Below, piece by piece: positions 17,766 to 34,588 of a stretch of DNA of 49,313 nt. The notes beneath the pieces are model-generated. The model saw only the letters and a list, made by a program, of their open reading frames with translations, searched no databases and was not told where the DNA came from. Source of the stretch: Kofleriaceae bacterium (lineage in GTDB: Bacteria > Myxococcota_A > Polyangia > Haliangiales > Haliangiaceae); assembly GCA_046597055.1 (NCBI GenBank), contig JBKJLC010000268.1, forward strand, positions 1 through 49,313. The letters run 5' to 3'. The stretch's first letter is position 1, and every line of letters begins with the position of its first letter. Position numbers and translations under genes: made by a program.

Positions 17766-18140
17766 ATGAAGCTCGACAAGACCTGCGCCCTGTTCTTCGG
17801 TACGAAGATCGACTCGAAAATGCGCGAGGCCCTGTCCCAGGCCAAGCCCAGCGACAAGAAGTACTTCGACGGCAGCTCGGAGGAGTTCCTCCGGATCGTC
17901 GAGGTCGAAGAAGAGAAGTGGATCGGCAAGGTGATCAAGGCCGGACCGGTCGTCACCGAGGTCGACGACATCCAGCGCAACATCGTGTCGATCATGCGGC
18001 GCTGCGCGCCGGGCGCGCGGGTGGCGGCGTCGGGGATCCGGATCTTCGTGCTGCACGGCGCCGGCGTGGTGCCCGCCGTCATCGACGATGACGTCGAAGG
18101 CGACGACCCGGGAGTCTCGGGCGCTTACATCACGATGTGA
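17766..18140 (+). CDS. Hypothetical protein (124 aa)
   Basis: Strong GC3 codon bias and globular composition; no motif recognised. Confidence 0.8.
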   Translation: MKLDKTCALFFGTKIDSKMREALSQAKPSDKKYFDGSSEEFLRIVEVEEEKWIGKVIKAGPVVTEVDDIQRNIVSIMRRCAPGARVAASGIRIFVLHGAGVVPAVIDDDVEGDDPGVSGAYITM

Positions 18141-18170
18141 CGCGCGCCGGATCGGCTCACGATCCGGCCG

Positions 18171-18174
<4 letters not shown>
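18137..18174. terminator. Hairpin between convergent genes, possibly bidirectional terminator
   Basis: GCCGGATCG-gctca-CGATCCGGC (18146-18168), extended by GTGACG/CGTCAC; no U tract. Confidence 0.5.
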
Positions 18175-19088
<914 letters not shown>

Positions 19089-19110
19089 CCGGGCACGGTA
19101 TCATCCGCGC
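19089..19110. promoter_or_regulatory. Overlapping divergent -10 elements in a 22-bp gap
   Basis: TACCGT (minus, 19100..19095) and TATCAT (plus, 19099-19104), each 6 nt from a GTG start. Confidence 0.6.
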
Positions 19111-19686
19111 GTGTCGGATCCGTACCGCAGCCCGCCGATGGCGCCCTACCGCGAGCCGGCGCGCGGATCGTGGCGCTGCCCGCGCTGCGAAGCGCCGCTG
19201 TCCGGTGAGGAACCTGCCGGCGTGCGCCTGGACGTCTGCAGCCGGTGCGCCGGCGTGTTCGCCAGCCACGACGTGCTCAACGGCGTGGTCGAGTCCGAAG
19301 GCGCGGTCGACGAGCTGCGCGCCGTGCTGCCGCGCGCGGCCAGCGCGTGGGCCGAGGGCGGACGCATGTACGTCGCCTGCCCGGTGTGCGAGGCGCTGAT
19401 GAACCGCAAGCAGTACGCGACCGGCGCCAAGATCGTGACCGACACCTGCAAGCACCACGGCGTATGGTTCGACGCCGGCGAGCTGCCGCGCGTGCTCGAC
19501 TTCATCGCCAGCGGGGGCCTGGCCGAGGCCAGCGGGCGCGACGTGCGCGCCGCCCGCGAGGTCGCCCGACGCGCGGAGCTCGACCGCGAGCTGGCCCGGC
19601 CCGAGCCCGGCCGGTACGAGTCGAGCCTGGCGGTCGAGTTCGGCTTCGCGGTGGTCATCGAAGCGATCCTGGGGAAGCTCCGGTGA
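19111..19686 (+). CDS. Tandem zinc-ribbon (zf-TFIIB-like) protein
   Basis: CPRC...CSRC.GV and CPVC...CKHHGVWFDAGEL; start GTG 19111 (ORF-track extension overlaps ppx). Confidence 0.85.
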   Translation: MSDPYRSPPMAPYREPARGSWRCPRCEAPLSGEEPAGVRLDVCSRCAGVFASHDVLNGVVESEGAVDELRAVLPRAASAWAEGGRMYVACPVCEALMNRKQYATGAKIVTDTCKHHGVWFDAGELPRVLDFIASGGLAEASGRDVRAAREVARRAELDRELARPEPGRYESSLAVEFGFAVVIEAILGKLR

Positions 19687-20687
19687 AGGTCACCGGCCTG
19701 CTGCTCACCGGCTTCCTCGGGGCCGGCAAGACCACGCTGCTCAACCGGCTCCTGAGCGCGCGCGCCGCGGCCGGCGCGGGCTCCGCCGGCAAGCTCGCGA
19801 TCATCGTGAACGAGCTCGGCGCGATCGGGGTCGACGGCGACCTGCTGCCGGCCGGGGCCGCCCGCCAGGTCGAGCTCCCCGGCGGCTGCATCTGCTGCAT
19901 GCTGACCGAGGATCTCGACCGCACCGTGCTCGAGATCCTCGACCGCTATCCCGAGGTCGACACGCTCGTGATCGAGACCACCGGCGTGGCCGAGCCGGTG
20001 CCGATCGTGTGGTCGCTCGAGCGGCCGCCGATCGCTGACCGCCTGCGGGTGGCGGCGATCGTCACGCTGGTCGATCCGATGAGCTTCGCCAGCGCCCGCG
20101 CGGCGTCGGTCACCGCGGAGATCCAGGTCGAGAGCGCCGACGTCGTGATGCTGAGCAAGCTCGACGCGGCCAGCGCCGACGAGCTCGCGGCGGCCCGGAC
20201 CGCGGTGGCGGCGCTGGCGCCGGGCGCCCCGGTGGTCGCGGGCAGCGCCGACGACCAGGTGGCCTGGCTGCAGGCGGTGCTGGCCGATCCGGATGGCGAG
20301 GTCACCCGCCGTCAAAGCGACGGTCATCACGGCCACCGCCACGATCAGGAGACCGGCCACGGCCACCCGCCCGGCCCGGGAGCGGCCCACGGGATCGAGG
20401 CGGTCTCGATCGCCCTGTCCGACCGGCTGGTCGACCTCGAAGCGCTCGAGGATGCGCTGGCCGAGCTGCCCTCAGCGTACCTGCGGGTGAAGGGCATCGT
20501 GCGGGCCGCCGATCCGCGCACCGGCGACCTGACCCCGCGCTGGGCGGCCGTCCACCGGGTCGGCCTGCGCGTCTCGAGCGAGGTCGTGCCCGCGCCGGCA
20601 GGAGGTGGCAGGTTGGTTGCGCTCGGACCGGGCGTAACAGAAGCGCCGCTCACCGCCTGCGTCGCGCGCGCCGTGCTAACGTCCTGA
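19683..20687 (+). CDS. COG0523/CobW-family metal-binding GTPase
   Basis: TGFLGAGKTT, VNELG, GGCICC, IETTG, His-rich linker, RVKG; GTGA overlap with the upstream gene. Confidence 0.93.
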   Translation: MKVTGLLLTGFLGAGKTTLLNRLLSARAAAGAGSAGKLAIIVNELGAIGVDGDLLPAGAARQVELPGGCICCMLTEDLDRTVLEILDRYPEVDTLVIETTGVAEPVPIVWSLERPPIADRLRVAAIVTLVDPMSFASARAASVTAEIQVESADVVMLSKLDAASADELAAARTAVAALAPGAPVVAGSADDQVAWLQAVLADPDGEVTRRQSDGHHGHRHDQETGHGHPPGPGAAHGIEAVSIALSDRLVDLEALEDALAELPSAYLRVKGIVRAADPRTGDLTPRWAAVHRVGLRVSSEVVPAPAGGGRLVALGPGVTEAPLTACVARAVLTS

Positions 20688-20696
20688 TCAGTCACG

Positions 20697-21224
20697 ATGC
20701 CGGTCGACGAGCGTCCTTCGGCCCGGACCCTGCGAGAGCTCCTGCTCGAGCTTCGATCCGGGTACGTCCTTCATCGGCCGATCCTCGTCGATATTACGCC
20801 GGGCTCGCGCGAAGGCGCCGACTCCACGCTCGAGCGGACGCTGACGATCCAGCTGCCTGCGACCGACGGCCCCGACGACCTGTCCAACGAGCTGGCGGCG
20901 TGCAGCTTCATGGTGATGGGTCCCAACACGCTGTCGGCCGGGATCGAATCGCCGGTGACGATCGGACGCAGCCGGCGCTGCGACGTGCGGATCGACAACG
21001 ACTCGGTCAGCAAGGTTCACGTGTCGGTGGTGTTCGACCAGGAGCGCAGCGCGCACATCCTGGTCGATGAGAACTCCCGCAACGGCACCCGCCTGAACGG
21101 CACCCAGCTCCTGCCCGGGGTGTCGACCCCGGTCTACTCGGGCGCGCAGATCGCGTTCGGCGACGCGGTATACGTGTTCATCGACCCGCCGACCCTGCGC
21201 AAGCTCGCGCGCATCGCCAAATGA
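20697..21224 (+). CDS. FHA domain protein
   Basis: TIGRS..CD, VSKVH, SRNGT. Confidence 0.9.
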   Translation: MPVDERPSARTLRELLLELRSGYVLHRPILVDITPGSREGADSTLERTLTIQLPATDGPDDLSNELAACSFMVMGPNTLSAGIESPVTIGRSRRCDVRIDNDSVSKVHVSVVFDQERSAHILVDENSRNGTRLNGTQLLPGVSTPVYSGAQIAFGDAVYVFIDPPTLRKLARIAK

Positions 21225-22324
21225 GGTGGCCGCTCGCCGTGGTCGCGCTCCTTGCCAGCTGCAAGGACGACCCGGTCGCCGTCACCGCCGGCACCGGCAC
21301 CGCCTCCGAGCATGGCCGGGCCGCCCTGATCGCGGCGGTCACCGAGCTCGGCGTCGCCAGGCACACGCCGGCCGCGTTCGCGCGCTTCCGCGACCGGGTG
21401 CTGGCGCTGCGCCCGACGATGGATGACACGGTCGCCGAGGAGGCCGAGCGGCTCGCGGTCACCCAGGCGGTCGAGGTGGCACGCCAGGTCCCGGGCGCCG
21501 CCGGTGGCGCCGCGCCGCTGGTGCTCACGGTTTGGCCGCTCGCCCTCGCGCCCGAGCTCGAGGCCCCCGAGCCCGGTCATCCCGACGCCGATCCGTACCA
21601 GCCGTGGCTCCCGCTCGCCGGCGAGGACGAGGCCAGCTACCTCGAGCGGCTGTGCGGCGACCTGCTCGCGCTCGAGTGCAAGGGCGTGGTGCCCGAGGGC
21701 CATGCCGCCCTCGTCGCCGGCCAGGCGATCAGCCGCATGACCGAGCGCGCGCGCAGGGCGGTCTCGCTGTGCCTGACCTGCAGCGACGACGCCTGGAAGG
21801 CGTCCATCGCGGGCTGGGAGGCGCTCGACAGCCAGGCGATCACTGCCGCGACCGCGGCCCGCACCCGGTATGCGCCGGCGCGCTGGCCCCTCGCGGGCGA
21901 GGCGGCCGGGCCCCCGGCCGACGGTCCGCTGCTGAAGGCGACCGACGAGGGCGCGCTCGAGCTCGGCGCCGAGGTCATCGTCCCCGACAGCGAGGCCGAG
22001 GCGATCGCGCTGCTGCAGACCGCGCGCGGCACCACGACCATCCTGCGCCTCCACCTGCCGCCCCGGATGGCGGCCGACCGGGTCCGGCGGATCCAGCAGC
22101 TCGCCGGCCGGGCCGGCTTCGCGCAGATCGCGCTGGTCGCGCGCGCGCCGGCCTACCCGTTCGCCACCCGCGACTACCGGCTCGGGGTGAAGGACGCGCT
22201 GCCGGTGCGGGACGCCGACCCGCTGCAGATCCTGCTGCGGGTGCTCGACGCGCGGGTTCGCAAGGCGCCGGCGACCGTCAAGGACGGTGCAGCGCGCGTG
22301 CCTTCAGCGGATCGACGCCGGTGA
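21221..22324 (+). CDS. Hypothetical lipoprotein
   Basis: MRWPLAVVALLAS-C lipobox; ATGA overlap with the FHA gene. Confidence 0.75.
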   Translation: MRWPLAVVALLASCKDDPVAVTAGTGTASEHGRAALIAAVTELGVARHTPAAFARFRDRVLALRPTMDDTVAEEAERLAVTQAVEVARQVPGAAGGAAPLVLTVWPLALAPELEAPEPGHPDADPYQPWLPLAGEDEASYLERLCGDLLALECKGVVPEGHAALVAGQAISRMTERARRAVSLCLTCSDDAWKASIAGWEALDSQAITAATAARTRYAPARWPLAGEAAGPPADGPLLKATDEGALELGAEVIVPDSEAEAIALLQTARGTTTILRLHLPPRMAADRVRRIQQLAGRAGFAQIALVARAPAYPFATRDYRLGVKDALPVRDADPLQILLRVLDARVRKAPATVKDGAARVPSADRRR

Positions 22325-22853
22325 GCGTGACGGTGCCGTCGGGATCGATGCGGATCTCGGCGACCGGCACCGCGTCGAGCTCGGCGCGGGTGTGGCGCCG
22401 CGACAGCAGGTGGAGCTGCTGGTTGGCCGAGCCACGCAGGCCCTCGCCGAGCCGGTCGGTCGACTGATAGCGACCATCGATCAGCACGTCGAGGTGGGCA
22501 AGCACCGCGGGCCCGAGCGCCTGGGCCGCGATCTCGGCCCGGGTGTAGCCGGAGAACATGAGGGTCGACAGGCCGAGGCGGCGCGCGCCGAGCAGCAGCT
22601 CGAGCGCGGCCGGCGCCTGCTGCATCGGCTCGCCGCCCGACAGCGTCAGGCCGGTGACGGCCCCGGCGCGAGCGCCAGCGGCAAGCTCGTCGAGCAGCCC
22701 GCGGACGTCGGTGCCCGGCCCGGTGGCCGGGTGCGTCGCCGGGTTGAAGCAGCCGGCACAGCCCAGCGTGCAGCCCTGCAGCCACACGACGAACCGGGTG
22801 CCGGGACCGTTGGCCCGGCTGCGCGGCGTCGCCCCGTGGACCCGCGCGATCAA
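22278..22853 (-). CDS. Small radical SAM protein, NrdG/PflA activase-like
   Basis: NGPGTRFVVWLQGCTLGCAGCFNP, TLSGGEP, FSGY, DVLIDGRY, GSANQ; TTG start uncertain. Confidence 0.9.
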   Translation of the reverse strand: MIARVHGATPRSRANGPGTRFVVWLQGCTLGCAGCFNPATHPATGPGTDVRGLLDELAAGARAGAVTGLTLSGGEPMQQAPAALELLLGARRLGLSTLMFSGYTRAEIAAQALGPAVLAHLDVLIDGRYQSTDRLGEGLRGSANQQLHLLSRRHTRAELDAVPVAEIRIDPDGTVTLTGVDPLKARALHRP

Positions 22854-22860
22854 GCCGGGG

Positions 22861-26549
<3,689 letters not shown>

Positions 26550-26581
26550 ACGCGCAAGCCTAGGGGGCGCGTTCGCTCCGG

Positions 26582-27769
26582 TCAAACCGGTCGCTGCGCC
26601 AAGATCGGCGACGACAGCCGCTGCGCGATCAGGGATGCGTGGATCGACGCGCCGACGCAGACCGCCTGCTCGGGGGCGACCCCGGCCTTGAGCGGCACGC
26701 CGAAGTGTTTCTCCACGGCCTCGCGGACCGCCGGCATGAGCGACGAGCCGCCGCACAGGTAGACCGCGGTCAGGTCGGTGGCCTTGATCCCAGCCTGGCT
26801 GAGCGCGCGGGTCCCGACCTCGAGGGTCCGCCGGACGATCGCCCCGGCGGCGCGGGCCAGGGTCGGCCGCTCGAGGGTCAGCTGCAGGTCGACCATGCCG
26901 GTCGCGGTGCGCAGGACCTCGGACACCACCAGCCGGGTCGACTCGACGGTCGACAGCGCGCGCTTGGCCTCCTCGCACGCGAAGCGCAGGCGCTGCAGCT
27001 CGACCGCGTGCTTGCGCAGGTCGACCTTGTGCTGGCGCCAGAACTGGTTGGCGGCGGCGTCGGCAAGCACGGTGTCGATGTCGTCACCGCCCAGCCAGGC
27101 GTCGCCGGCCGAGCCGACCACCTGGAATCGCGAGCGCGACACGTCCACCACCGAGAAGTCGAAGGTGCCGCCGCCGAAGTCGAAGATGCCGACCAGGCCG
27201 CCGAAGCCCGGCACGTAGCGGTTGGCGAGCGCCGCCGCGTTGGGCTCGGCGATCAGCCCGACCACCTCGAGGCCGGCCAGCTTGGCGGCGGTCTCGACCG
27301 CGCGGCAGCGCGCCTCGTCGAAGCTGACCGGCACCGCGATCACCGCCTGCGTGATCGGGCCGAGGTGCCGCTCGGCCACCGCCCGGGCCGCGCCGAGGAG
27401 GAAGCCGCACAGCTGCGGGATCGCCCACTGCTGTCCGTCGATCTCGCAGAGCACCGAGCCATCCTCGGCGGCGGCGGTCCGGTAGGTGGCCTGACCGACG
27501 AAGGTCTGGACCTCCCGATCGACCAGCTGGCGGCCGAGCAGGCGCTTGGGCGACGACACCGTCCGGGTCGGGTCGGCCGCGATCCGCTTGCGGGCCTCGT
27601 GCCCGACCAGCACCGCGCCTCCGTGCGGGAACGACACCACCGACGGAAACGCGCGGGCGCCGTCGGCCCCGGTCAGCAGCGAGACCTTGCCGCCCGAGAC
27701 GACGCCGACCGAGGTGTTGGTCGTGCCGAGGTCGATGCCGACGATGGGGAGGGCGAGTCGGTTGGTCAT
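26582..27769 (-). CDS. Hsp70-family protein, ATPase domain only
   Basis: [28 protein letters not shown]; ends shortly after PEQAVCVGA. Confidence 0.9.
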   Translation of the reverse strand: MTNRLALPIVGIDLGTTNTSVGVVSGGKVSLLTGADGARAFPSVVSFPHGGAVLVGHEARKRIAADPTRTVSSPKRLLGRQLVDREVQTFVGQATYRTAAAEDGSVLCEIDGQQWAIPQLCGFLLGAARAVAERHLGPITQAVIAVPVSFDEARCRAVETAAKLAGLEVVGLIAEPNAAALANRYVPGFGGLVGIFDFGGGTFDFSVVDVSRSRFQVVGSAGDAWLGGDDIDTVLADAAANQFWRQHKVDLRKHAVELQRLRFACEEAKRALSTVESTRLVVSEVLRTATGMVDLQLTLERPTLARAAGAIVRRTLEVGTRALSQAGIKATDLTAVYLCGGSSLMPAVREAVEKHFGVPLKAGVAPEQAVCVGASIHASLIAQRLSSPILAQRPV

Positions 27770-27871
27770 CCCGGGTACCGCAGCGGCCAGCCTTACCAAT
27801 GTATCGCGATTTACCCGCTGCGGACATCAAGCACGCGAGCCGGGGGGCGCACTCCCGATATACTCGCGATC

Positions 27872-28654
27872 GTGGCCGAGGCACGCCGGAGTGCGATCTT
27901 GTTGTTGCACCACGACGGGGAGCTGCTCGACCGGTTGACCCGGGTGTTCGAGGCGCGCGGCTTCGCGGTGAGCCTGGCCGCGACCCAGATGCAGGCCCGC
28001 ACCGTGCTCGTGGCCGACCGGCCGTTCGACGTGGTGATCGCCGGCTGGGACACCCAGCATCCGGTCGGCGGCGACGTCTATCGGTGGGTGCTCGAGCACC
28101 GCTACGAGCTGCGCGATCGGTTCGTGTTCGTCGCCGACGAGGCGCCGCTCGACTTCGATCGGGTGGTGGCCGGGCGGTGCCTGATGGTGCGCTCGGGCGA
28201 GACCGCGGAGCTGATCGGGGTCGCCGAGGCGACCGCGCGCCGCGTCGGCCGCGCCATCAGCGGGTCGGACGAGGCGACCTGGAGCGACGGCAGCCGGCCG
28301 ACCCTGCTGCTCGCCGACGATGATCCGATGCTGCTGGCCGCGATGGCCGAGCTGCTCGAGAGCGCCGGCTGGGCGGTGACCGCGGCCGACAGCGGCCACG
28401 CCGCGATCGCGCTGCTCGATCAGCAGGAGTTCGACGTCATCCTCGCCGACTGGGCGATGGCCAGCGGCTCGGGCGGTCAGGTGCTGCAGTGGCTGGCGAC
28501 GTTCCGGCCGTGGATGGTCGACCGGCTCGTGTTCGTCACCGAGGGGCCGAGCGACGCGATCGTCCAGGCGGAGCCGAGCCGACCGATCTTTCCGAAGGGC
28601 GCCGACTCCGGCGCGCTGGTCGAGGCGCTGCGCGCGATCGCGCCGCCGCGCTGA
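27872..28654 (+). CDS. Response regulator with two receiver domains (N-terminal one degenerate)
   Basis: C-terminal REC LLADDD...VILADW...FVT...PK; N-terminal copy LLHHD...VIAGW; TATACT 7 nt upstream of GTG. Confidence 0.85.
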   Translation: MAEARRSAILLLHHDGELLDRLTRVFEARGFAVSLAATQMQARTVLVADRPFDVVIAGWDTQHPVGGDVYRWVLEHRYELRDRFVFVADEAPLDFDRVVAGRCLMVRSGETAELIGVAEATARRVGRAISGSDEATWSDGSRPTLLLADDDPMLLAAMAELLESAGWAVTAADSGHAAIALLDQQEFDVILADWAMASGSGGQVLQWLATFRPWMVDRLVFVTEGPSDAIVQAEPSRPIFPKGADSGALVEALRAIAPPR

Positions 28655-28674
28655 CCTGCGGATCGCGGGCGCCG

Positions 28675-29412
28675 CTACAGGGAGACGCCGAAGGTGAGAT
28701 CGAGCGCCTGCCCGACCCCGCCGCGCACGACGGCGCCCGGCAGCGGCGGCGCCGCCGCGCCACGCGGGTCGTACTCGCGCATGAGCGTGTCGAGGCGGCC
28801 GCGATCGACCGCGCCGCCGGCGACGTAGGGTCGGACCCCGAGCTCGACCGAGAGCCGGCGACCGACCCGTACCCCGAGCACGACGCGCAGCTCGAACACC
28901 GCGCCGCGACGGCCCCCATCGACGATGTGGCTGACCGAGCCACCGGCAAGCACGAACGGCACCGCGGCCGCGGCCCGCGACCGCAGCGCGAGGCCCAGCG
29001 GATAGGCCCCGACGCCGATCGTGCGCAGCCCGTCGCCGAACCCGACCGGCACCTCGAGCCGCGCGCGCAGCGGGCCCATCACCACGTCGAGCGCGGGCGT
29101 GACCACCAGGAGGTTGGCGGCCAGGCCGACGTCGTCGCCAGTCGACATCGGCGCCGCGCCGGGTGCGCCAGTGGCGTGACCGTGCGCGCGGTTGTAGGCG
29201 AGCGCGGCGCCGTTGTAGGCGTCGACCGCGTCGTCGAGCTTGCTGCCGACGAGCGGCGTCTCGGTCGAGGACTCGAGCTCGAGCGTGCTCGCGCCGGCGT
29301 GCATCGACAGCTCGACATCGGCGCGGCTGGCCGCGGGCACCGCGACGATCGCGAGCGCCGTGACGACCGTCAGGCTGGCACGGGTCGGACGATGAGCATG
29401 GCGTGGAGGCAT
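28675..29412 (-). CDS. Hypothetical exported protein, possibly outer-membrane beta-barrel
   Basis: Signal ending ASRA/D; alternating amphipathic strands; C-terminus LTFGVSL. Confidence 0.65.
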   Translation of the reverse strand: MPPRHAHRPTRASLTVVTALAIVAVPAASRADVELSMHAGASTLELESSTETPLVGSKLDDAVDAYNGAALAYNRAHGHATGAPGAAPMSTGDDVGLAANLLVVTPALDVVMGPLRARLEVPVGFGDGLRTIGVGAYPLGLALRSRAAAAVPFVLAGGSVSHIVDGGRRGAVFELRVVLGVRVGRRLSVELGVRPYVAGGAVDRGRLDTLMREYDPRGAAAPPLPGAVVRGGVGQALDLTFGVSL

Positions 29413-29432
29413 CGAGGAGATCGCTCGAGCGC

Positions 29433-29448
29433 TTCACGGGACGTGCCA
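29433..29448 (-). promoter_or_regulatory. Possible sigma54 promoter for the exported protein gene
   Basis: TGGCACG-TCCC-GTGA: perfect -24, GA instead of GC at -12, ending about 20 nt before ATG 29412. Confidence 0.4.
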
Positions 29449-29649
29449 CCAGCGCCGTGTGCGACTTCGTGGACTTGACGAGCGCCGACCGGAGTGGGGA
29501 GCCCCGATGCGCGAGCGTGTGGCCCCGGCGCGCGTCGCGTTTGCCAGCGCGGCGAACCAGGGTGCGCCCGCCGGCGCGGCGGCTCGTGACCGGCGCTGAG
29601 GTTGCGCCGATGAAGCGGCTGCCGTGACGCCCGCCGCGACGGCCCGCCG

Positions 29650-31647
<1,998 letters not shown>

Positions 31648-31732
31648 GGCAGAGGCTTAACACGCGAGCGCGCCGAGCGCGCCCGGCTCTGCCATGCGCG
31701 ATGGGACCGGCAGGTGCTATAAAAGGACTACT

Positions 31733-32005
31733 TTGCCCAAGGCAACCTTGAAGCCGGTCACCGAGATCAAGCGGCATGCGACCGAGGTGATCCACCAACT
31801 GCGCGTGGATCGGGTGCCCGTCTTGATCACGGAGCGAGGCAGGTCGGCAGCGGTGCTGCTCGATGTCGAGACCTACGACACCATGTTGCGTCGGATCGAG
31901 ATCCTGGAAGGCATCGCGCGGGGAGAGCGCGCGCTCACCGAGGGTAGAGTCGTCTCGCATGCCAAAGCGAAGAAGCGACTTTCGAGATGGCTCGTCGGCG
32001 GCTGA
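31733..32005 (+). CDS. Phd/YefM antitoxin
   Basis: AAGGA RBS and TTG start; PVTEIKRHA...PVLITERGRSAAVLLDVETYD. Confidence 0.9.
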   Translation: MPKATLKPVTEIKRHATEVIHQLRVDRVPVLITERGRSAAVLLDVETYDTMLRRIEILEGIARGERALTEGRVVSHAKAKKRLSRWLVGG

Positions 32006-32280
32006 TCTGGACCGAACCAGCGCTGGACGACCTCGACGAGATCGCCGCGTTCATTGCGCTCGATAAGCCCGGCGCCGCCGCGACCCTGGTCAGGAGGTGC
32101 CTGGCCGCCGTGGAACGCCTCCCGGCCCATCCGGCGTCGGGTCGGCGGGTGCCCGAGGTCCCGGATCGCCCATATCGGGAGATCATCGTGTCACCCTGTC
32201 GCATCCTCTACCGACTCGAGGGCACAGATGTCCTCATCGTTCGCGGCGAGCGTCGCCTTCGCCCTGCGCGGCTGCGCTGA
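31987..32280 (+). CDS. RelE/ParE family toxin
   Basis: LIWTEPALDDLDEI...PASGRRVPE...YREIIVSPCRILYR; overlaps the antitoxin. Confidence 0.9.
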   Translation: MARRRLIWTEPALDDLDEIAAFIALDKPGAAATLVRRCLAAVERLPAHPASGRRVPEVPDRPYREIIVSPCRILYRLEGTDVLIVRGERRLRPARLR

Positions 32281-32289
32281 GAGCACGCC

Positions 32290-33351
32290 TCACAGCCGAC
32301 CGGCGGCGATGGTGCGCTGGGCCTGCTCGCACAGGACGCGGACGGCGTGGACGAACTGGCCGAAGCGCGGGTCCTGGGTGAGGCCCTGCTTCCAGCGGTA
32401 GTAGATCTGCTGGGCGACGACCGCGGTCTTGAACAGGCCGAAGGCGTAGTAGAAGACGATCGCGCCGGTGTCGCGGCCGGTCGCCGCGGTGTAGTGGGCG
32501 GCGACCTCGGCGCGGGTCAGCATGCCGGGCTCGGTGGTCAGCCCGAAGCGCATCATCTGTAGCCCAGGGTCGTCGCCGGCCTCGACCCAGTAGCCGAGCG
32601 AGGTGCCGAGATCCATCAGCGGATCGCCGACCGTGGCCATCTCCCAGTCGAGCACGCCCACGATGCGGGTCAGCTCGGGGTCGAAGACCAGGTTGTCGAA
32701 CTTCCAGTCGTTGTGGATGAGGGTGGGCGCACCGTCGGTCGGCAGCTGGGCCGCCAGCCAGGCCGCGACCTCGAGCACCACCGGCAGGTCGTCGGTCTTC
32801 GAGCCGTGGTAGCGCTCGGTCCAGCCCTCGACCTGGCGGCGCACGTAGCCGGCCGGCTTGCCGAGCTCGCCGAGACCGGCGGCGCGGTAGTCGACCGCGT
32901 GCAGCTCGGCCAGCGCGTCGACCAGCAGCTCGCAGACCCGGCGCGCGGCCGCGGCGTCGACGGTGACGCCGGCCGGCGCCTGCTTGCGCAGGATCACGCC
33001 AGGCTTGCGCTCCATCAGGTAGAACGGCGCGCCGAGCACGGCGTCGTCGGTGCACATCGCGATCGGGCGCGGCGCCTTGGGCCACACCGGGGCCAGGGCC
33101 GACAGCACGGTGTGCTCGCGCCCCATGTCGTGCGCGGTCTTCACCCGCGAGCCGAACGGCGGCCGGCGCAGCACGTACTCGGCGCCGGCGCGGCGCACCA
33201 GGTAGGTCAGGTTGGAGTGGCCGCCGGGGAACTGCAGGATCTCGATCGGCGCGTGGCCGCCGAGCACCCCGTCGAGCCAGCCGCCGAGCACGGCCGGATC
33301 GAGCGCCTCGCCGGCGCGGGCCGGCCGCGGCTCGCCGACGTCGCCGCTCAC
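32290..33351 (-). CDS. APH-family phosphotransferase (ACAD10/11 kinase-like, LvaA-like)
   Basis: [48 protein letters not shown] overlap. Confidence 0.92.
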   Translation of the reverse strand: MSGDVGEPRPARAGEALDPAVLGGWLDGVLGGHAPIEILQFPGGHSNLTYLVRRAGAEYVLRRPPFGSRVKTAHDMGREHTVLSALAPVWPKAPRPIAMCTDDAVLGAPFYLMERKPGVILRKQAPAGVTVDAAAARRVCELLVDALAELHAVDYRAAGLGELGKPAGYVRRQVEGWTERYHGSKTDDLPVVLEVAAWLAAQLPTDGAPTLIHNDWKFDNLVFDPELTRIVGVLDWEMATVGDPLMDLGTSLGYWVEAGDDPGLQMMRFGLTTEPGMLTRAEVAAHYTAATGRDTGAIVFYYAFGLFKTAVVAQQIYYRWKQGLTQDPRFGQFVHAVRVLCEQAQRTIAAGRL

Positions 33352-34568
33352 CGCCGGTCCTTTCGCTCCGGTCGCTCCATCCCGTGGCGCTCGAGGATGC
33401 GGCGGGCCACCACCATCTTGTGGACCTCGTCGGGCCCGTCGTAGATGCGAGCCCCACGCTCGTGGACCCAGTAGTGCGCGAGCACGGTGTCGCTGGTCAC
33501 GCCGAGCGCGCCGTGGACCTGGATCGCGCGATCGACCAGCCGCATCATCACGTCGGACACGAAGAACTTGATGATCGAGACCTGATCGCGGGCGGCGTGG
33601 AAGCCCTGGTTCTCGATGGTCCACGCCGCGTTCAGCACCAGCAGGCGCGACGCGTCGATCTCGGCGCGGGCCTCGGCGACCCAGGCCTGCACGATCTGGC
33701 GGGTCGCCAGGGTCTTCTCGTCGTCGATCTTCCGGGACGCGGCCCGCTCGCACATCATCTTGAAGACGCGCTCGCAGATGCCGATCCAGCGCATGCAGTG
33801 GTGGATGCGACCGGGGCCGAGCCGCTCCTGCGCGATCAGGAACCCGGCGCCCTCGGCGCCCAGCCGGTTGCTCTGCGGCACCCGACAGCCCTCGTAGCGG
33901 AGCTCGGCGTGGCTGGCCCAGCCGCCGCCGGCGTCGCCCATGATCGGGATGTTGCGCACCAGCTGGAAGCCGGGCGTGTCGGTCGGCACGATGATCATCG
34001 ACGCCCGGCCGTGCGGCGCCGCGTCGGGGTCGGTCACCGCCATCACGATCGCGAACGCCGCGCCATCGGCGCCCGAGGTGAACCACTTGTGGCCGTCGAT
34101 GACGTAGTCGTCGCCGTCCCGGCGGGCCGTGCACGACAGCATCACCGGGTTGGAGCCCGGGTTCTCGGGCTCGGTCATCGAGAAGCACGACCGGATCTCG
34201 CCGGCGGCGAGCGGCGTCAGCCAGCGCGCCTTCTGGGCGGCGCTGCCCCACTTGTGGAGGACCTCCAGGTTGCCGGCGTCGGGCGCCTGGCAGCCAAACA
34301 CGAAGTGGCCGATCGGGGAGCGACCCAGCCGCTCCGAGATCAGGCCGTGGTCGACCAGGCCGAGCCCGAGCCCGCCCAGGTCCTTGGGGATGTTCGGGCC
34401 CCACAGCCCGGCGGCCCGGACCTTCGCGCGCAGGCTCTCCAGCAGGGGACCGGCCTTGACGAAGCCCTGCTCGAGCACCTCGTGCTCGGCGGGGAGCACC
34501 GACTCGGTGATGATCGCGTCGATGCGGTCGAGGACGGGGACGAGGTGGGGCGGGAGCGCGAAGTCCAT
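33348..34568 (-). CDS. Acyl-CoA dehydrogenase (ACAD10/11-type, LvaC-like)
   Basis: [50 protein letters not shown]. Confidence 0.93.
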   Translation of the reverse strand: MDFALPPHLVPVLDRIDAIITESVLPAEHEVLEQGFVKAGPLLESLRAKVRAAGLWGPNIPKDLGGLGLGLVDHGLISERLGRSPIGHFVFGCQAPDAGNLEVLHKWGSAAQKARWLTPLAAGEIRSCFSMTEPENPGSNPVMLSCTARRDGDDYVIDGHKWFTSGADGAAFAIVMAVTDPDAAPHGRASMIIVPTDTPGFQLVRNIPIMGDAGGGWASHAELRYEGCRVPQSNRLGAEGAGFLIAQERLGPGRIHHCMRWIGICERVFKMMCERAASRKIDDEKTLATRQIVQAWVAEARAEIDASRLLVLNAAWTIENQGFHAARDQVSIIKFFVSDVMMRLVDRAIQVHGALGVTSDTVLAHYWVHERGARIYDGPDEVHKMVVARRILERHGMERPERKDRR

Positions 34569-34588
34569 GGATCCTCCAGCGGTAGCGA

